Numbered from the stretch's first letter, positions 34,655-44,059 are shown. The stretch: DNA of 64,000 nucleotides from Chloroflexota bacterium (GCA_044506615.1 JBIQKJ010000005.1:568-64567); one strand, 5' to 3'. Notes: a model not told the origin generated them from the letters alone. Made by a program: numbers and translations.

Positions 34655-36066
34655 GAGCGCTTCCTCGGCTTCGCGGTCTTGCCGGCACTCCCCGGGGTGG
34701 TCGCCGCGGACCAGCGCTCCACGAGGTACGGCTTGAGCAGCTCGAACTCGCGGGCCTGCCGCTCGACCCGGTCCTCGGCCTGGGTCGTCGTCACGTTCCG
34801 GTTCTCGATCACGAAGCTGCCCACCCGCCCGAAGTAGATCGGCACGAGCGCCGCGACGAGCCGCTCGATCTGGTCCGGCTGGTCTCGGGCCGTCACGACG
34901 AGGTCGTAGATGACCCGCGCCCACACATCGTCCGGGAAGTGGAACGCGGCCAGCGCGTCGGCCATCTCCTGGGTGCTGGCCGTAGTTGAGGCGACGTCCC
35001 CGCCGAGGCCGAGCTTCGTACGCGCCTGGTCGGCCAGCGCCCCGGCTTCACCAGCGAGCTCGAGCACGATCGCGAGGTTCGCCTCGGTGATCATCGATCG
35101 CCACGTGTCCACCATCGTCAGCGAGCCCGAGTGGAACTCGGACAGCAGGCGGATCGTGTTCACGTCGAGCGGCGGCGGGTCGATGATCCGCTCGAAGCCG
35201 TAGGCCGGGACGTCGTGGCTGCCGCGGATCGGGAGCCACTTGTCGGCGTAGGTCGTCGCGAGCCGCAGGATCGTCCCGACGACCTGGCGGAACATCGGCC
35301 CGAGGTCGGCGCCCGGGTCCTTCGGGTCGTGGATCTTCGCGCCGAGCCGCGTCTGGCACACGGCGAAGCCGCCGGCCAGCGCCGAGGTCGTCATCCAGAT
35401 GTCGATGCCGAACTTGCTGATGTCGTCGGTCCAGTCGTCGAGCGTCAGGTAGTGCCGGACGAGATCGCCCGACACGCCGAAGTCGCCGCCGATCGGCTGG
35501 CGGATGCGGTGCCCGTACAGCGCCCGCGTGAGCGGGTAGGTGACGGTGTTCGTGATCGTGCCGTCGAACTTGTACCGCGCGTAGAGCGGCGCGACGAAGT
35601 CGTAGCCGCCCTTGAGGATCGGGCCGGCCAGCAGCTCGATCCACTCGGGCACGATCGAGCGCAGGTCCGAGTCGACGACGACGAGCGCCTCGACGTCGAG
35701 CGCGGCGGCCATCTCGAAGATCGTCCGGAGCGCCGCGCCCTTGCCCCCGGTGCCGTCGATCTCCGGGTAGGTCAGCGAGACGCGGTCGAGCCGGTTGGTC
35801 GGTCGGACGAGCAGGATCTGCTCGATGTAGTCGGGCGGCTCGGTGTCGATGACGACCCGCTGGGTGCCGTCGGGGGAGCCGGCGTCCGAGTTGACGAGCA
35901 CGGGCCGCAGATCCGGGAAGTACTGAACGAGGCCGGCCTGAGCGGCACGCGCTACGTAGCCGATCGTGGCCGCGTTCTTGTAGCTGGGAATGCCGACCAT
36001 GATGTCGGCCTTGCCCAGCCGGGCGATCTCCTCGCGGATGGCCGGCGTCAGGACGATCGGGGGCAT
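34651..36066 (-). CDS. GT2 glycosyltransferase, glucosylglycerate-synthase (Ggs)-like
   Basis: ADIMVGIPSY.N, GKGAA, VVDSDLRSI.PEW, YARYKFDGTITN, IRQPIGGDFG, FGIDIWMT. Confidence 0.8.
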   Translation of the reverse strand: MPPIVLTPAIREEIARLGKADIMVGIPSYKNAATIGYVARAAQAGLVQYFPDLRPVLVNSDAGSPDGTQRVVIDTEPPDYIEQILLVRPTNRLDRVSLTYPEIDGTGGKGAALRTIFEMAAALDVEALVVVDSDLRSIVPEWIELLAGPILKGGYDFVAPLYARYKFDGTITNTVTYPLTRALYGHRIRQPIGGDFGVSGDLVRHYLTLDDWTDDISKFGIDIWMTTSALAGGFAVCQTRLGAKIHDPKDPGADLGPMFRQVVGTILRLATTYADKWLPIRGSHDVPAYGFERIIDPPPLDVNTIRLLSEFHSGSLTMVDTWRSMITEANLAIVLELAGEAGALADQARTKLGLGGDVASTTASTQEMADALAAFHFPDDVWARVIYDLVVTARDQPDQIERLVAALVPIYFGRVGSFVIENRNVTTTQAEDRVERQAREFELLKPYLVERWSAATTPGSAGKTAKPRKRS

Positions 36067-36093
36067 CGCTCCAACCGTAGCAGGGCGGTAGCC

Positions 36094-36149
36094 GGCGTGT
36101 CAGCCGGGAAGCGTCATAGGGTGGGCTGGGCGTGTCAGCCTGGAAGCGT
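36094..36149. repeat. 21-bp direct repeat x2 (1 mismatch, 35-bp period) upstream of the GT2 operon
   Basis: GGCGTGTCAGCC[G/T]GGAAGCGT at 36094-36114 and 36129-36149. Confidence 0.85.
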
Positions 36150-36273
36150 TGCGGCGGGGTGAGTGGGGAATCCTCCGAGCTCATCGCGAACCGGGGCCCA
36201 ACGGTTGGACACCTCGCAGCAGCGCTGAGAAGTAGGTCGACATACCTATTGACGTTCAAGTCACGCCGACCAA

Positions 36274-36789
36274 TTGTTCGGCTCCACCGGTTGCCCTGAT
36301 GGAACGCTGCGTCTGTCCAGGGATGAGGTGCTCCTGTCGCTCGTCAATCAAACGCTGGTGCAGCAAGAGGCTTCTCGAAGGGGCATCTCGGTTCCCGAGG
36401 AGGAACTTGCGCGCGCGCTGGACGCGATGCGAGAGACGGAGCTTCTCGCGCAGGCCCTGCCGGATGATGACGACGACTCTGCCTTCGTCGCAAGGGTCCG
36501 CGTGTTTCTCCTGTTCGGCCTCGTCAAGTCAGCGGTGGTCGGGCGCGTGGAAATCCCTCAGGAACAGTTCGAGAAGGAGTACTCAGCCGATCCGAACCTT
36601 TGGAGCATCCCATTCGCGGACGCTATCCCAGCCCTTCGGGAGCGCCTTATCGGGGAAGTGTCCAATCGTCGCTGGGTTGACTGGTTGAGTAGACAGCGAG
36701 CCTGTGCCGACATCCGAATCCTGGACGTGTCATTCGATGTTCCGTCGTCGACCCCTGGGATCGGGTGTGGCGCGAGCAACGAACCGTAA
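36274..36789 (+). CDS. SurA/PrsA N-terminal-like domain protein, apparently lacking its N-terminus (possible pseudogene)
   Basis: VLLSLVNQTLVQQEASRRGISVPEEEL...; ends W..WL..QR..ADIRI. In-frame TGA at 36250, no signal peptide, TTG start without RBS. Confidence 0.45.
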   Translation: MFGSTGCPDGTLRLSRDEVLLSLVNQTLVQQEASRRGISVPEEELARALDAMRETELLAQALPDDDDDSAFVARVRVFLLFGLVKSAVVGRVEIPQEQFEKEYSADPNLWSIPFADAIPALRERLIGEVSNRRWVDWLSRQRACADIRILDVSFDVPSSTPGIGCGASNEP

Positions 36790-36811
36790 GCGCCCACAGG
36801 CGGTTGCCCGA

Positions 36812-37240
36812 ATGGGAAGCGGGAAATTGCTGCCGCTCCTCCTCGGGCTTGCCTCAATCGGTTGCGTCCACACGCCGACCGTGCCTCCGGTGCCGCCCGA
36901 GCCGACGCAGGCCGCAGAGCCGCTTCCGGGTGCCTTTCACCTCACTTCGGCGCCGGAGTCGGCCCCATACCCCCTCACGGTGCGCATCGACGATATCGGC
37001 GGACCTTCGCGGCGCGCCGCGGAATTCGAGGAGGGAGACCAAGTCGTCGTCGATTGGTCAACGCTCCCGCTCCCGCCGGCGAAGTGGATTGAAGTCAACG
37101 GAAATGATTGCGAGGGAACGTTCGGCATTCGGCCCCGATCCGAGACCGACCTACTCCTGATCCTTGCGGATGACGGATGCCGCGTGCAGGTCCTCGGGGT
37201 TCATGCCGAGGGTGCTTCGCATCTCCAGCCGGACACCTAG
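36812..37240 (+). CDS. Putative lipoprotein (142 aa)
   Basis: MGSGKLLPLLLGLASIGC lipobox-like sequence and Pro-rich linker. Confidence 0.6.
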   Translation: MGSGKLLPLLLGLASIGCVHTPTVPPVPPEPTQAAEPLPGAFHLTSAPESAPYPLTVRIDDIGGPSRRAAEFEEGDQVVVDWSTLPLPPAKWIEVNGNDCEGTFGIRPRSETDLLLILADDGCRVQVLGVHAEGASHLQPDT

Positions 37241-37258
37241 AGCCTGAGTCGCGGGGTG

Positions 37259-37957
37259 CTATCTCCGCGGCATCCAGGCCGTCGTCCAGTCCTTGCGCTT
37301 CTCGCCCGGGAAGTAGCGGCTGTTCGCGGCACGGAACGTCAAGCCGAGGAAGCCGAGGGCGCGCCACGACGCGACCCACGTGTCGATCGGGTGACGCACA
37401 TAGACGCCGAGTCGCACCGTCTCGCTCTCGACGAGCACGGTCTCGAGCAGCCGCTTGCGCTCCAGCAGCGGGACGTCGAGCAGCGACTCCCCGTCGAGCC
37501 ACAGGAGGTCGAGCGCGACGAATCCGACCTCATCGTCCTCGTCGAACCGCCCGGCCTCCTCGACCAGCTCGGTCCGCTCGATGACCTCCTTGCGGGGGTT
37601 GCGCCGGGTTCCGAGGAGCGACTGCGTCATGAACGTGCCCATCGACGGCGCGTCCTCGAGCGCCGCATCGGCGCCGACGGTGTCGTGCGACGTCTCCTTG
37701 GTCAGGAAGCCGTCGAGGATCAGGCCGTCGGCCCTGGCGGCCGCGGCGAGCGCCGCGCCGACCTCGGGAACGTCATCGACGGGCACGCCTTCCCCGTCCT
37801 GGAGCCGGACCTCCGATCCGTCGAGCGCCACCAGGGCACGCACGCCGGTCCACATCGGCTCGACGATCGGGTCGCGGATGGTGCTCGGATGGGCCGACCC
37901 GAACGGCTGGGGGCGCAGGCCGGCGAGCGCGTCGGCGGCCCGGAGGCGCAGGTTCAC
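37259..37957 (-). CDS. ATP-dependent DNA ligase adenylation-domain homolog with degenerate active site
   Basis: EPMWTGVR (for KxDGxR), LILDGFL, FVALDLLWLDGESLLDVPLLERKRLL, SRYFPG...DW. No OB domain. Confidence 0.8.
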   Translation of the reverse strand: MNLRLRAADALAGLRPQPFGSAHPSTIRDPIVEPMWTGVRALVALDGSEVRLQDGEGVPVDDVPEVGAALAAAARADGLILDGFLTKETSHDTVGADAALEDAPSMGTFMTQSLLGTRRNPRKEVIERTELVEEAGRFDEDDEVGFVALDLLWLDGESLLDVPLLERKRLLETVLVESETVRLGVYVRHPIDTWVASWRALGFLGLTFRAANSRYFPGEKRKDWTTAWMPRR

Positions 37958-38010
37958 GCCGCCATCGTACCCGGCTGGTGGCGGGACCCCTCGCGTGCCA
38001 TGATCGGGCG

Positions 38011-39408
38011 GTGAGCAGCGCAGCAACGGCCGGCTCGCGCCCCCGCCTGCAGGCCGGCCTGGCGCGGCTGACGCCCTCGGGCCGCGCCCGGGTTCCAGTC
38101 GCGTGGGCGCTGTACGACTTCGCCAACACGATCTTCAGCTACGCGATCGTCTCGGTGGCGATCGGGCTGTGGCTCACCGCGCCCGAGCGGTTCGACCAGG
38201 GGCCGGGGCAGCTCGTGCAGGGCATCGCGACTGCGGTCAGCGTCGGGCTCAACGCGCTCGTGTCCCCGATCCTCGGAGCCCTGTCGGACCGTGGCGGCCG
38301 GCGGCTCCCGTTCCTGCTGTTCTTCACGATCCTGTGCATCGTCCCGACCGTGCTGATCGGGCCGTCGCCGGCGCTCGTCGGCGTGCTGCTCTACGTCGTC
38401 GCGAACTTCGCCTACCAGGCCGCGCTCATCTACTACGACGCGACGCTGTCCACGGTCAGCCTGCCCGAGACGCGCGGGCGGCTGTCGGGGATCGGCGTCG
38501 CGGTCGGGTACATGGGCACGATCGTCGTGGCGGGCACGCTGATCGTGCTCGACGCCTCCGTGGAGCAGATCTTCCTGATCGCGGGCCTGCTATTCGCGGT
38601 CTTCGCGGCACCGATCTTCCTCGTCGTCAAGGAGCCGCCATCGACGGCCCCGCCGCTGACACGGAACGAGGTGATTGCCTCGCTCGGGCAGCTGCGGCAG
38701 ACCATCGCCCACGCGCGGGCGGTCCCGGGTCTCGGCAGGTTCCTGCTCGGCCGGTTCTTCTACAGCGACGCCGTCAACACGCTCATCGTCGTCATGAGCG
38801 TGATCGCGGTCCGGGCGATGGGCATGACCGAGCAGGCCTTCCTCCTGCTGTCGCTGCTGCTCACGGTCGTCGCCATCGTCACGAGCTTCGGGTGGGGGTG
38901 GCTCGCCGACCGCATCGGCCCGAAGCGCACGCTCGTCGCGGTGCTCGGCTCGTGGACCGTGGGGCTGCTGCTCGGTACGGCGGCGCTCGGCGCGCCGGGC
39001 ACGGACCCGGGGATCGGCGCCTTCGTCGTCGCCGGCGCGATCCTCGGCAGCGGCCTCGGCGGCGTCCAGGTCGCCGACCGGGTCCTGATGGTCCGCCTCT
39101 CGCCGCCGGAGCGCCTCGGCGAGTTCTTCGGGATCTACGGCCTGGTCGGCAAGGCGTCGCAGGTGATCGGCTCGTTCGTGTACGGGCTGATCGTGTTCCT
39201 GCTCTTCGACGCGCTCGGCAACACCGCGTACCAGCTCGCGGTGTTGAGCCTGCTCGTGACGATGCTGATCGGTCTCTGGCTGGTCTGGCCGGTGCGCGAC
39301 CACTGGTCGGATCGCGGGGGCACCGAGGCCGCCACCGGGACCATCGTGGCTCCACCGGAGCGGCTCGCTCCCGCGACGTCGCCGCTCGAGCCGAGGGATC
39401 GCGCCTAG
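38011..39408 (+). CDS. MFS transporter (UMF1/Atg22-like)
   Basis: WALYDFAN, LGALSDRGG, YYDATL, GWLADRIG, GEFFGIY; about 12 TM. Confidence 0.92.
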   Translation: MSSAATAGSRPRLQAGLARLTPSGRARVPVAWALYDFANTIFSYAIVSVAIGLWLTAPERFDQGPGQLVQGIATAVSVGLNALVSPILGALSDRGGRRLPFLLFFTILCIVPTVLIGPSPALVGVLLYVVANFAYQAALIYYDATLSTVSLPETRGRLSGIGVAVGYMGTIVVAGTLIVLDASVEQIFLIAGLLFAVFAAPIFLVVKEPPSTAPPLTRNEVIASLGQLRQTIAHARAVPGLGRFLLGRFFYSDAVNTLIVVMSVIAVRAMGMTEQAFLLLSLLLTVVAIVTSFGWGWLADRIGPKRTLVAVLGSWTVGLLLGTAALGAPGTDPGIGAFVVAGAILGSGLGGVQVADRVLMVRLSPPERLGEFFGIYGLVGKASQVIGSFVYGLIVFLLFDALGNTAYQLAVLSLLVTMLIGLWLVWPVRDHWSDRGGTEAATGTIVAPPERLAPATSPLEPRDRA

Positions 39409-39432
39409 CCCATGAGGTGGGTTTCCCCGGCT

Positions 39433-40425
39433 TCAGTCCCCATAGCCGTTCGGGTGGGCCTGCCGCCACGCCCACGCCGACCCCACCATGTCGTCGAGCT
39501 CGGGATGTCGCGGCCGCCACCCGAGCACGTCGGCGGCTCGATCGCTGCTCGCGACGAGCACCGGCGGGTCGCCCGGACGCCGGTCGCCGATGCGATGCGG
39601 GACGGGTCGGCCCGTGACCCGCTCCGCCGACGCGAGGACGTCGCGGATGCTGAACCCCCCGCCGTTGCCCAGGTTGCAGACGAGCGGCGCGTCGGTCCGC
39701 GGATCACCCGGCGCGGTGGCCTCGAGCGCCCGCAGGTGGGCGTCGGCCAGGTCCGCGACGTGGATGTAGTCGCGGATGCAGGTGCCGTCGGGGGTGGGGT
39801 AGTCATCGCCGAAGACCGTCAGCTCCTGCCGGCCTTCGACCGCCGCGAGCACGTTGGGGATGAGGTGGGTCTCGGGTGCGTGGACCTCGCCGAGCGCCGC
39901 GGTCGCGCCCGCGACGTTGAAGTATCGGAGGGTCGCGCTGCGCAGCCCGTAGGCGGCGCCGTACCAGGCGAGCGCACCCTCGAACGTGCGCTTGGTCTCG
40001 CCGTACGGGTTGATCGGGCGGAGCGGGGCGTCCTCGGGGATCGGGGTCGCATCGGGGACGCCGTACACGGCTGCGGTCGACGAGAACACGATCCGCGAGA
40101 CGCCGGCCGTCCGAGCGGCTTCGAGCAGGGCGACGCCGCCCGAGACGTTGTCGCGGTAGTACTTCGCGGGATCATGCGCCGACTCCCCGACCAGCGACCG
40201 CGCTGCGCAGTGGAGGATCGCGTCGATCGCCCCGCCGGCCAGGAGGGGCGTGACGACCGAGGGGTCGCCGTACGACCCGACGACGAGCCGCGCATCGTCC
40301 GGGACGGCCGCTCGGTGGCCGGTGCTGAGGTCGTCGAGGACGACCACGTCGTGTCCTGCCTCGATGAACGCTGCGACCGACACCGAGCCGACATAGCCGG
40401 CGCCGCCCGTGACCAGTACCCGCAT
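39433..40425 (-). CDS. galE: UDP-glucose 4-epimerase
   Basis: TGGAGYVGS, FSSTAAVYG, PYGETK, LRYFN, GTCIRDYIHV. Confidence 0.96.
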   Translation of the reverse strand: MRVLVTGGAGYVGSVSVAAFIEAGHDVVVLDDLSTGHRAAVPDDARLVVGSYGDPSVVTPLLAGGAIDAILHCAARSLVGESAHDPAKYYRDNVSGGVALLEAARTAGVSRIVFSSTAAVYGVPDATPIPEDAPLRPINPYGETKRTFEGALAWYGAAYGLRSATLRYFNVAGATAALGEVHAPETHLIPNVLAAVEGRQELTVFGDDYPTPDGTCIRDYIHVADLADAHLRALEATAPGDPRTDAPLVCNLGNGGGFSIRDVLASAERVTGRPVPHRIGDRRPGDPPVLVASSDRAADVLGWRPRHPELDDMVGSAWAWRQAHPNGYGD

Positions 40426-40439
40426 GCGCGGACGATACG

Positions 40440-40955
40440 TCAGCGCCGCCGAAGGAGCCGTCCGAGCAGCGACCGCCGCTTCCGGGCCGCGGCCTCGCCC
40501 GGGGGGCGAGGGCCCGGCGGCTCGCCCGACCCTGCGCCCGCTGCGGCCTCCGGCGCAGCCAGGGTTCCGTCGGTCATCGGGGTCCGGGCCGGCGGTGCCG
40601 GGGCCGCGACGTCCGCCGCCGGCGACATCGGGCCGGGCGTGGCGCGATCGGCCGGATCCGGCGCCCCGCCCAGCGCGGGTGGCGGCGGCACCGGCTGACC
40701 CCGGAACCGCATGATCTCCTCGAGGCGCTGCACCAGGCGGCTTGCCGTCGCGTTGTCCGGATCGATCGCGAGTGCCCGTCGACCCTCCGCCAGCGCCAGC
40801 ACCTCGTCGCCGCGCTCGAGCGCGACGCGGGCCAGGCCCACGACCGCGATTGCGTTGCGCGGGTCCTGGTCCGAAGCCTGGCGATAGAGGCGCTCCGCCT
40901 GGTCGAGGAGCCCGACGGCCAACGCCCGCTCCGCCTGCAACAACAACTCGATCAT
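40440..40955 (-). CDS. Tetratricopeptide repeat protein with low-complexity tail
   Basis: AERLYRQA...DPRNAIAVVGLARVA...ALAIDPDN. Confidence 0.8.
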   Translation of the reverse strand: MIELLLQAERALAVGLLDQAERLYRQASDQDPRNAIAVVGLARVALERGDEVLALAEGRRALAIDPDNATASRLVQRLEEIMRFRGQPVPPPPALGGAPDPADRATPGPMSPAADVAAPAPPARTPMTDGTLAAPEAAAGAGSGEPPGPRPPGEAAARKRRSLLGRLLRRR

Positions 40956-40995
40956 GGCGTCATCGTCGCGTGCCGCACGGATGGCGAGGCGCGCG

Positions 40996-42387
40996 TCACT
41001 CCCCGTCGTCCTCGAGGAGGGACGCGGCGAGCAGCAGCAGGGTCGGCCGGTCATTGAGGGCAGGGTCGGCGATGACGCGATCGAGCAGCTGATCGAGGAT
41101 CCGGCCGATCCGCGGACCCTGCGGCAGCCCCAGCTCCCCGATGAGGTCGTGCCCGTCGACCGCGAGGTCGTTCCGGTCGAGCACGGTGTCGGCGGCAAGC
41201 TCGGCGGCGACCCGCTCGCGCAGCTCCCCGAGCCCTCCGGCATCCCGGCGGAGCCCGCTGCCGACGTTGTCCGCCTCGCGGAGATCGAACAGCTCGTCGA
41301 GGGTTTCGACCCCGATCTTGCCGATGAACCGGCGCACCGCCGCATCCGACCACGCCGGCTCGTAGCTGAACATGTGCTGGCGAACGAGGTTGCCGACGCG
41401 CTCGCGCACCGACCTCGGGGCGTGCAGGCGGTCGAGGATCGCGATCGCCATGTCGGCCCCGACGGTGTCGTGACCGAGGAAGTGCCCGTCCGAGAAGGTC
41501 GGCGGCTTTCCGACGTCGTGGAGCAGCGCGGCCAGCCGCACCATCGGCCGGTCCAGGCGAGCGGCATCGACGGACCGGAGCGTGTGCGCCCACAGGTCCT
41601 CGCCCGGCACCTTGTTCTGCGGGATCCCGCGCTGGGCGGCGAGCTCGGGCAGCAGCGCGTCGAGCAGACCGGTGTCGGCCATCAGCCGCAGCCCCACCGA
41701 CGGCCGATCCGCGGCGAGCAGCTTGGTGAGCTCGGCCCACACCCGCTCACCCGACAGGTGGCGGACGAGCGGTGCGTTCGCGGCGATCGCGCGGAGGGTG
41801 TCGGGCTCGATCGTGAAGCCCAGCGTGGCCGCGAGCCGAACGGCCCGGACCATGCGCAGCGCGTCCTCCTCGAACCGGCGGCGCGGCTCGCCCACCGCCC
41901 TGAGCAGGCGGCCATCGATGTCGGCCTGCCCGTCGTACGGGTCGACGAGCGCCGGCTCGCCACCCGGTGGCGCCCCCCACGCCAGCGCGTTGATCGTGAA
42001 GTCGCGCCGGGCCAGGTCGTCCTCGATCGAGTCGCCGAACTCGACCCGGTGCGGACGGCGGAAGTCGGCGTAGTCGTGGTCGCTGCGGAACGTCGTCACC
42101 TCGTACAGGGCGTCGCGATGACGAACCGCGACCGTGCCGAACGCGTTCTCGTAGACCGAGCCCGGAAAGAGCGCGAGCACGGCGTCGGGGCGCGCGTCCG
42201 TGGCGAGGTCCCAGTCGTCGGCGGGTCGCCCGAGGAGCGCGTCGCGCAGCGAGCCACCGACGACATAGGCCGCGGAGCCGGCTTGCCAGAGGGTCGCCAG
42301 CAGCTCCCGGACCGGGTCGGGGATCGTGGCGGCGACGCCGGTCAGCTCCGACCTCAGTTCCGACCCAGGAACAGGTAGCTCCGCCAC
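40996..42387 (-). CDS. cca: CCA tRNA nucleotidyltransferase / HD-domain protein
   Basis: VGGSLRD, DWDLAT, RRDFTINA, EDALRM.R, ERVWAEL, LLHDVGK. Start codon uncertain. Confidence 0.9.
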   Translation of the reverse strand: MAELPVPGSELRSELTGVAATIPDPVRELLATLWQAGSAAYVVGGSLRDALLGRPADDWDLATDARPDAVLALFPGSVYENAFGTVAVRHRDALYEVTTFRSDHDYADFRRPHRVEFGDSIEDDLARRDFTINALAWGAPPGGEPALVDPYDGQADIDGRLLRAVGEPRRRFEEDALRMVRAVRLAATLGFTIEPDTLRAIAANAPLVRHLSGERVWAELTKLLAADRPSVGLRLMADTGLLDALLPELAAQRGIPQNKVPGEDLWAHTLRSVDAARLDRPMVRLAALLHDVGKPPTFSDGHFLGHDTVGADMAIAILDRLHAPRSVRERVGNLVRQHMFSYEPAWSDAAVRRFIGKIGVETLDELFDLREADNVGSGLRRDAGGLGELRERVAAELAADTVLDRNDLAVDGHDLIGELGLPQGPRIGRILDQLLDRVIADPALNDRPTLLLLAASLLEDDGE

Positions 42388-42869
42388 GCCTCGTTGCGCT
42401 CGTCCGACAGGTATGGCGTGAACAGCGAGTAGATGTCGGAGCGCGGCTCGAACGGCGGTCGGTGCAGGCGGAGCCGCGCCTCCTCGAGCGTCTTGCCGCC
42501 CTTCCGGTGGTTGCACGCCTTGCAGGCGGTCACGAGGTTCTCCCACGTGTGGCCCCCGCCGCGATGCCGTGGCACCACGTGGTCGAGCGTGAGGTCGTGC
42601 GTCTGTCGTCCGCAGTACTGGCAGGTGTGCCGGTCGCGGGCGAAGATCTCGCGCCGCGACAGCTTGACCCGGGGTCGAGGTCGCCGCACGAGGTGCTGGA
42701 GACGGATCACGGACGGCGCGCGGTACTCGACCCGCGGCGTCCGCACCATCTGGTGGTCGAACTCGATCACCTCGGCCTTCTCGCCGAAGACGAGGCGGAA
42801 GGCTCGCGGCAGGTTGCAGACGTTGAGCGGCTCGTAGTTCTGGTTCAGAACGAGTACGACACCGTCCAT
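42354..42869 (-). CDS. HNH endonuclease (conserved McrA-like housekeeping family)
   Basis: VLVLNQNYEPL, RDRHTCQYCG, TLDHVVP...GG.HTWENLVTAC..CN..K. Confidence 0.92.
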   Translation of the reverse strand: MDGVVLVLNQNYEPLNVCNLPRAFRLVFGEKAEVIEFDHQMVRTPRVEYRAPSVIRLQHLVRRPRPRVKLSRREIFARDRHTCQYCGRQTHDLTLDHVVPRHRGGGHTWENLVTACKACNHRKGGKTLEEARLRLHRPPFEPRSDIYSLFTPYLSDERNEAWRSYLFLGRN

Positions 42870-42915
42870 GTTCGGCCGCGACGATAGCAGAACGGGGGAT
42901 CGGGGCCCGGCGAGC

Positions 42916-43854
42916 TCAGCCCGGGGGCCAGGCGCCGGCCTGCCCGACCTTCGATGCGAGCGGTCGACCGAGGGCGTCGGCGATGAACCGGGCCGCTGCC
43001 AGCACGCGCCCGAGGTCGACGCCGGTCTCCCACCCCTCGGCGTCGAGGAGGTAGACGAGGTCCTCGGTCGCGAGGTTGCCCGCGGCCCCCGGAGCGTACG
43101 GACAGCCGCCCGTCCCGCCGGTCGACGCGTCGAAGCAGCGGATGCCCAGGCCCAGCGCGGCCGAGACGTTGGCGAGCGCCGTCCCACGCGTGTCGTGAAA
43201 GTGGTACGCGATCCGGTCGAGCGGGATCCCGGCCGCCTCGGTCAGCCCGGTCAGCTCCTCGACCTGGGCGGGCACGCCGACGCCGATCGTGTCGCCGTAG
43301 CACACCTCGTCGATGCCGAGGTCGAGCAGGCGGCGCGCGACCTCGAGCGGCCGGGCCGGGTCCACCCGGCCCTCGAACGGGCAGCCGAAGGCGGTCGAGA
43401 CGTAGCCGCGGCTCCACCAGCCGAGGACCCGGGCGCGGTCGACGACGGGCCGGAAGGCGTCGATCGACTCGTCGACGGTCATCCCGATGTTGCGGCGCGT
43501 GAACTCGTCCGTGGACGCGGTGAAGACCGCGACGGCGTCGACACCGGCCGACTCGGCGCGGGCCAGGCCGCGTGCGTTCGGAACGAGGACGGGGTAGCGG
43601 ACCCCGGGACTGCGCTCGAGCGTCGTCATGAGGTCGTCCGCGTCGGCGAGTTGCGGGATTGCGGCGGGGGCGACGAAGCTCGTGGCCTCGATCTCGGCCA
43701 GACCGGCCTCGGCGAGCAGGCCGATGAACCGGCGCTTGACCTCGGTCGGGACCGGCGTGGCCTCGTTCTGGAGACCGTCGCGTGGGCCGACCTCGTAGAC
43801 CCGGACTCGCCCGCGCGCCCCGCGCGCGTCGCCGGTCCGTGGCCCTGGGGTCAT
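42916..43854 (-). CDS. liuE: Hydroxymethylglutaryl-CoA lyase
   Basis: EVGPRDGLQNE, IEATSFV, GDTIG, HFHDTRG, GGCPYAPGAAGNLATED. Confidence 0.95.
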   Translation of the reverse strand: MTPGPRTGDARGARGRVRVYEVGPRDGLQNEATPVPTEVKRRFIGLLAEAGLAEIEATSFVAPAAIPQLADADDLMTTLERSPGVRYPVLVPNARGLARAESAGVDAVAVFTASTDEFTRRNIGMTVDESIDAFRPVVDRARVLGWWSRGYVSTAFGCPFEGRVDPARPLEVARRLLDLGIDEVCYGDTIGVGVPAQVEELTGLTEAAGIPLDRIAYHFHDTRGTALANVSAALGLGIRCFDASTGGTGGCPYAPGAAGNLATEDLVYLLDAEGWETGVDLGRVLAAARFIADALGRPLASKVGQAGAWPPG

Positions 43855-43861
43855 CCTCGGC

Positions 43862-44059
43862 TCAGACCCGGGGCGGGTCCATCTCCCGCTCGAGCCGCGC
43901 GATCTCGACCTCGATCCGCCCGATCAGGTCGATGGCGGCCTTGTGCTCCTCGCTTCCGTGCGCAGCGGCGTTCCGGCGGGCTCGGGTCGCGCGGTGCAGC
44001 TCGAGCAGCTCGGCACGGGTCTGGGGGAGCGGCGGGTCGGCGGAGCGTGGCGCGGTCAT
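43862..44059 (-). CDS. Small helical hypothetical protein (65 aa)
   Basis: GAGGAG RBS; LPQTRAELLELH...IEVEIARLER. Confidence 0.7.
   Translation of the reverse strand: MTAPRSADPPLPQTRAELLELHRATRARRNAAAHGSEEHKAAIDLIGRIEVEIARLEREMDPPRV

Noticed and set aside
36160-36270. Possible tRNA or other RNA gene at the islet edge
   Set aside because: No cloverleaf, D-arm or T-arm consensus could be built.
42354-42869. HNH gene as a homing endonuclease or defence island
   Set aside because: It matches the short, widely conserved housekeeping HNH family, sits in an operon with the CCA enzyme, and has no intron or mobile context.
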